A DNA stretch of 63,093 nucleotides, the filler included, from Globobulimina sp. (Eukaryota): assembly GCA_003354225.1 (NCBI GenBank). It is 51 parts of 51 records of this genome, joined end to end, with 100 filler letters (N's around TTAATTAATTAA, not from the genome) between each part and the next. Parts side by side here need not be neighbours in the genome. Positions count along the whole stretch, not along the records: positions 59,480 to 60,617 come from PIVH01022581.1; positions 60,718 to 61,855 come from PIVH01022582.1; positions 61,956 to 63,093 come from PIVH01022583.1; 48 more parts are not named here. The stretch is one strand, 5' to 3'. The notes under the pieces were generated by a model that did not search any database, was not told the origin of the DNA, and saw only the letters and a program-made list of their open reading frames with translations. The translations under genes and the position numbers were made by a program. Below, piece by piece: positions 59,482-63,093 of this stretch (positions are counted from its first letter, which is position 1; every line of letters begins with the position of its first letter).

Positions 59482-60617
59482 ATCCACAGTGAGTATGACC
59501 ATCAAAAGGGGCCAGGATATACAGATCCAGGCGCACAACAACAGCCACACAGTAATTATCCAATGGCACAAAGGATACCACAGCAGCAACAACAACAACA
59601 CCAACAGCAACCAGCACACCCGCAACAATATGGTGGCGAATCAGGTGTTGGTGGTGTTAGTGGTGTGTATATGGGTAATAATAATAATAATATGAGTCCG
59701 CATCCACAATATGGGCATGAAGCGATGCCAAATATGATGTTTAATCAATTCAGCGGCCGCGGAGGGAATGTAATGGCAATGCAGCAGAAACTGATGAAAA
59801 TGCAACAAGATATTATCAACAATCCACAGATGGCGACACAGAAATGGGTAGCCGGCGGGGGCCATGGTGCTGGGAATAGTCTGTTGGATGATGGTAAGGA
59901 GCAGAAAGAGGAGGAGAAAGTGGCGGGAGTTGGAGGGAAAAGAAATAAAACAATATTGGGAATGTTTGGTAGTGAATATTATCGGATTGAGGGCATTTTG
60001 CGAGCGATTGGATGTGATGATGATCATTGTAAATATTATATTAATCGGATGAAGGCAAATAATGTCAGTGATGGGACGTTGAGGACATGGGATACTGTGC
60101 ATAATATGAGCATGTTTAGGAAAGTGTTTCCCATCGAAGAGGGCATACGGAATAGATTCAGGTATAACGGTATATTTCTATCAGTTTTTGTTGCAATGCA
60201 TAAATAATAAACTTTTTATTTTTCTCAAAGAGCGTGGATACGTTATGATGTGCAGGGGTATCGACCCTCATTTCGTAAGGAAGAGAAAGCAGATTTGGTA
60301 CGTAAAAAATCAATATTTGGGAAGTCAAAAGAGACTGATGATGAGATAATTGAATTAAATATCGGTGGTATTCGATATTCGACTTTGAAATCAACATTAA
60401 TTGGATCGGGAAGTGGTTATTTTAAAAAATTGATGAAAATGCGGAATAATGATATTGTTATGGATGAAAATAATAAAAAAAATAAAAAAGATCGATTGTT
60501 GTTTGATGAAAGAGGTTCATATTTTATTGATAGAAATGGAATGTTGTTTGAATTGTTACTGAATTATATGCAGAGTGGTAAACTGGTGATGAATTATAAT
60601 AAATTTATGGTGGAAGA
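59482..60617 (+). CDS. KCTD-type BTB/T1 protein with a Gln/Gly-rich N-terminus (intron 60162-60230)
   Basis: A 69-bp GT..AAAG intron joins the two listed ORFs in frame; IELNIGG..YST..STL...YFIDRNG.LF..LLNYM. Confidence 0.82.
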
Positions 60618-60717
60618 NNNNNNNNNNNNNNNNNNNNNNNNNNNNNNNNNNNNNNNNNNNNTTAATTAATTAANNNNNNNNNNNNNNNNNNNNNNNNNNN
60701 NNNNNNNNNNNNNNNNN

Positions 60718-61855
60718 AAGACAGTGAATATGATATTGCATTGAAACAATGTCTAAATAGCAAAGCTGAATCATTCGACCAAATTGGATACTATTTATTG
60801 AAAATAATGAACAAAAAGAAAGATATCAGAGAGTATAATATAAAAATGATTAATTTAATCTATATTTTATCCAAATACCCAACAAAATATCACATTGTCA
60901 AATTGCACATGTTAATGAAGAGAAACACAGCGAAAATATACAGAGATTTTCGCACGATTACAATTGCCAGCAACCGCAAAACATTAATAAATATTATGCG
61001 AATTAATAGAATTAAAGATAAATACACATTAAATATCCATCCCAATCACGCTGCATATCAAAAAGGATTAAGTTGTGAAATACTATCATATGCACAACAA
61101 ATAAGTATCAATTGTGTTGTAAATGAAAATGGATTCGCAATTATGAATATATCGGACTTAAATCAAGCATTTGATCAATGCAATAGAGATAAAATGATAA
61201 TAAATGAAAATGAAGATTAATTATCGATCAACTTAAAAATATGAAAGGTAGAATAGCATGGAAATGAATGTACAGCAAATTACTAAACATAGTCAAATCA
61301 ACACCGCAAGGCGATAATGGATCTGGTGATAATTGGAATTTATACACATCACCGATACTTTACCATGGATTGGAATCAACAAAAACAATATGCTATGATA
61401 TCAATATGAGTACAAGCAAATTCTCCGACGATGGTCTAAATATTGCAAAGTGAAAAACTGCTCTTCAAAAACTAGTCAACATCGAAGAGACAGTCAGTCA
61501 CAACCTCAACCTTTCAATGAATCCAAACAAATCATTGAATATCATCTATGCAAGAAACAGCAAACTAAGAGAAGAAGTATTGAAACAATGCTATTTTTAC
61601 AATGGAAAATACTCAAAGCATATACATATAAATGGAGATCCAGTACCAATTGCAAATGAGAAAGAGGTCAAAGATGGCAAATTAAAAATACTTGGAATAT
61701 GGAGGGATTTTAATAACAAATTGGATTTCAAAATGATTCATTTTAACAAACAAATTGAAATATTTAAAAACATAAATAAAAAACTATATTTTAGTGGAAT
61801 AATCGGAGGAAATACGACATTATCACTACAGAAACAATTTTATGCATTAAAAATA
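60718..61855 (+). mobile_element. Degenerate non-LTR retrotransposon reverse transcriptase
   Basis: FRTITI, DLNQAFD, PQGD.GS...WNLY, KFSDD, NPNKS, LKILGI spread over three frameshifted segments. Confidence 0.78.
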
Positions 61856-61955
61856 NNNNNNNNNNNNNNNNNNNNNNNNNNNNNNNNNNNNNNNNNNNNT
61901 TAATTAATTAANNNNNNNNNNNNNNNNNNNNNNNNNNNNNNNNNNNNNNNNNNNN

Positions 61956-63093
61956 ACGCAAAAATATGATGAATGTTTGCAAAATGTATTATTAACAAAA
62001 CAATCATTATTTACTCATATTGTACCAAATAATGATGAAATTGCAAATAATTGCAATACAAATCATAATTTGATGAATGAATACCATCATCATTTAGAAG
62101 AATGTCAACATTTTAATTCTGAATCAAATACAAATAATAAAACACCGAATTGTATTTGCAAATATGTTGTAAATGAAAGATTAAATTATAATGATTCGCC
62201 GCGAAAAGTATTTAAATTTAATTCGAGCAATGATAAAAAGGACAATGATGATATAAATATATCATGTTTGCCAAATGCAGTGAATAAAATTCTGCAAAAT
62301 AATAAGAATGGAGTGAATAATAATAATTTAACATCGATAAATAATACGTCAAACGTATCAATTCCCTCCGAACCAATAAAAACCATCGATTTATCCACAA
62401 AACATAAATATAACCAATTATTAAATGATTATTATTATCATTTGATGGATTTTAAAAGAAATCAAAATTTTGGTTGTATTGCAATCAAAGACAGTTTGCA
62501 TTTAATTCGTGGACATTTTGGTAACTTAGATTATGCGGAAGAAAATAAATACATTTCATCATTAAACAAAAGGGCTCGTATTTCGCGAAAAGAGTATCAT
62601 TTCTGTTCAATTAAATTATCGCCAAACAACAATTCGACAAATCCTCATATTTTGTGTTTAGGGGACAATTTTGGTCGATTATTATTTTATGATTATATTC
62701 GTGCTTCGTATATTTCGACAATATACAAAAGTAATGAGTGCAGAATATCTGTTATTGACTGGAAGAATCATTACAATTCAAATAATGGTATAATTGCGGT
62801 GGGGTCGTTGGATAAATATATTCGAATTTATGACGACCGGTTTTGTCAACAAATCTATAAATTAAAGTATCATCGCGGAGAAGTTTGTGGTTTGCGGTGG
62901 AATGAATATAACGAACACTTATTATTATCCGGAGGCAATCAGAATATTGTCTGTTGTTGGGATATTCGCAAAAATGGCAATCCATTATTTGTTGGCAAAC
63001 ATAAAGCAGCAATACGTGCATTAACATGGTATCCAGATTGCGATAATATGTTTATATCTGGCGGTGGTTCGAATGATCAATGCATCAAAATTT
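61956..63093 (+). CDS. Cdc20/Cdh1 (fizzy) family WD40 APC/C activator, absent from the ORF track
   Basis: Frame open across the whole contig: NDYYYHLMDF, HRGEVCGLRW, LLSGGN, HKAAIRALTW.P, SGGGSNDQCIKI. Confidence 0.85.

Noticed and set aside
946-61903. ORF ends containing X-runs, LIN or N
   Set aside because: They are translations of the linker; I clipped coordinates to contig edges
1141-61955. Regularly spaced TTAATTAATTAA palindromes as a CRISPR-like or biological repeat
   Set aside because: Each sits inside a fixed N44..N44 block between length-sorted contigs; it is an artificial stop-codon linker
1-63093. Operon, island or multi-gene system inferred from neighbouring contigs
   Set aside because: Contigs are ordered by length and come from different organisms; adjacency carries no information

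Overview
This window is not one locus. It is 51 unrelated short contigs (18 x 1140, 19 x 1139 and 14 x 1138 bp, sorted by length) joined by an artificial 100-bp linker (N44-TTAATTAATTAA-N44), so synteny across the N-runs is meaningless and nearly every gene is a fragment. Most contigs come from an AT-rich, gene-dense eukaryote with short (about 50-130 bp) GT-AG introns and the standard genetic code. Its gene content (PTxxPT-stalked Cys-rich surface proteins, orphan 7TM proteins, SPRY, RanBP2, BTB and TPR proteins, HYDIN) looks like a foraminiferan or other rhizarian protist; this is my inference. Mixed in are bacterial contigs (a nosG/nosH-like or napG/napH-like pair, Bacteroidota-type genes, a CHASE sensor, TctC), a few animal-like contigs, transposon pieces (MULE, non-LTR RT, an RPA possibly from a Helitron, a Polinton-type PolB), one clear tRNA-Ala(CGC), and two or three bacteria/eukaryote chimeric contigs that suggest whole-genome amplification. 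The best leads are: (1) a spliced caveolin-like gene, mostly missed by the ORF track, in what looks like non-holozoan DNA; (2) a Polinton-type DNA polymerase B with spliceosomal introns inside catalytic motifs B and C; (3) a CCA-adding/poly(A)-polymerase-fold enzyme that lacks the RRD motif and carries a large insertion; (4) a clade II nos-type nosG-nosH pair from an associated bacterium. All family calls come from motif recognition by eye; no searches were run.
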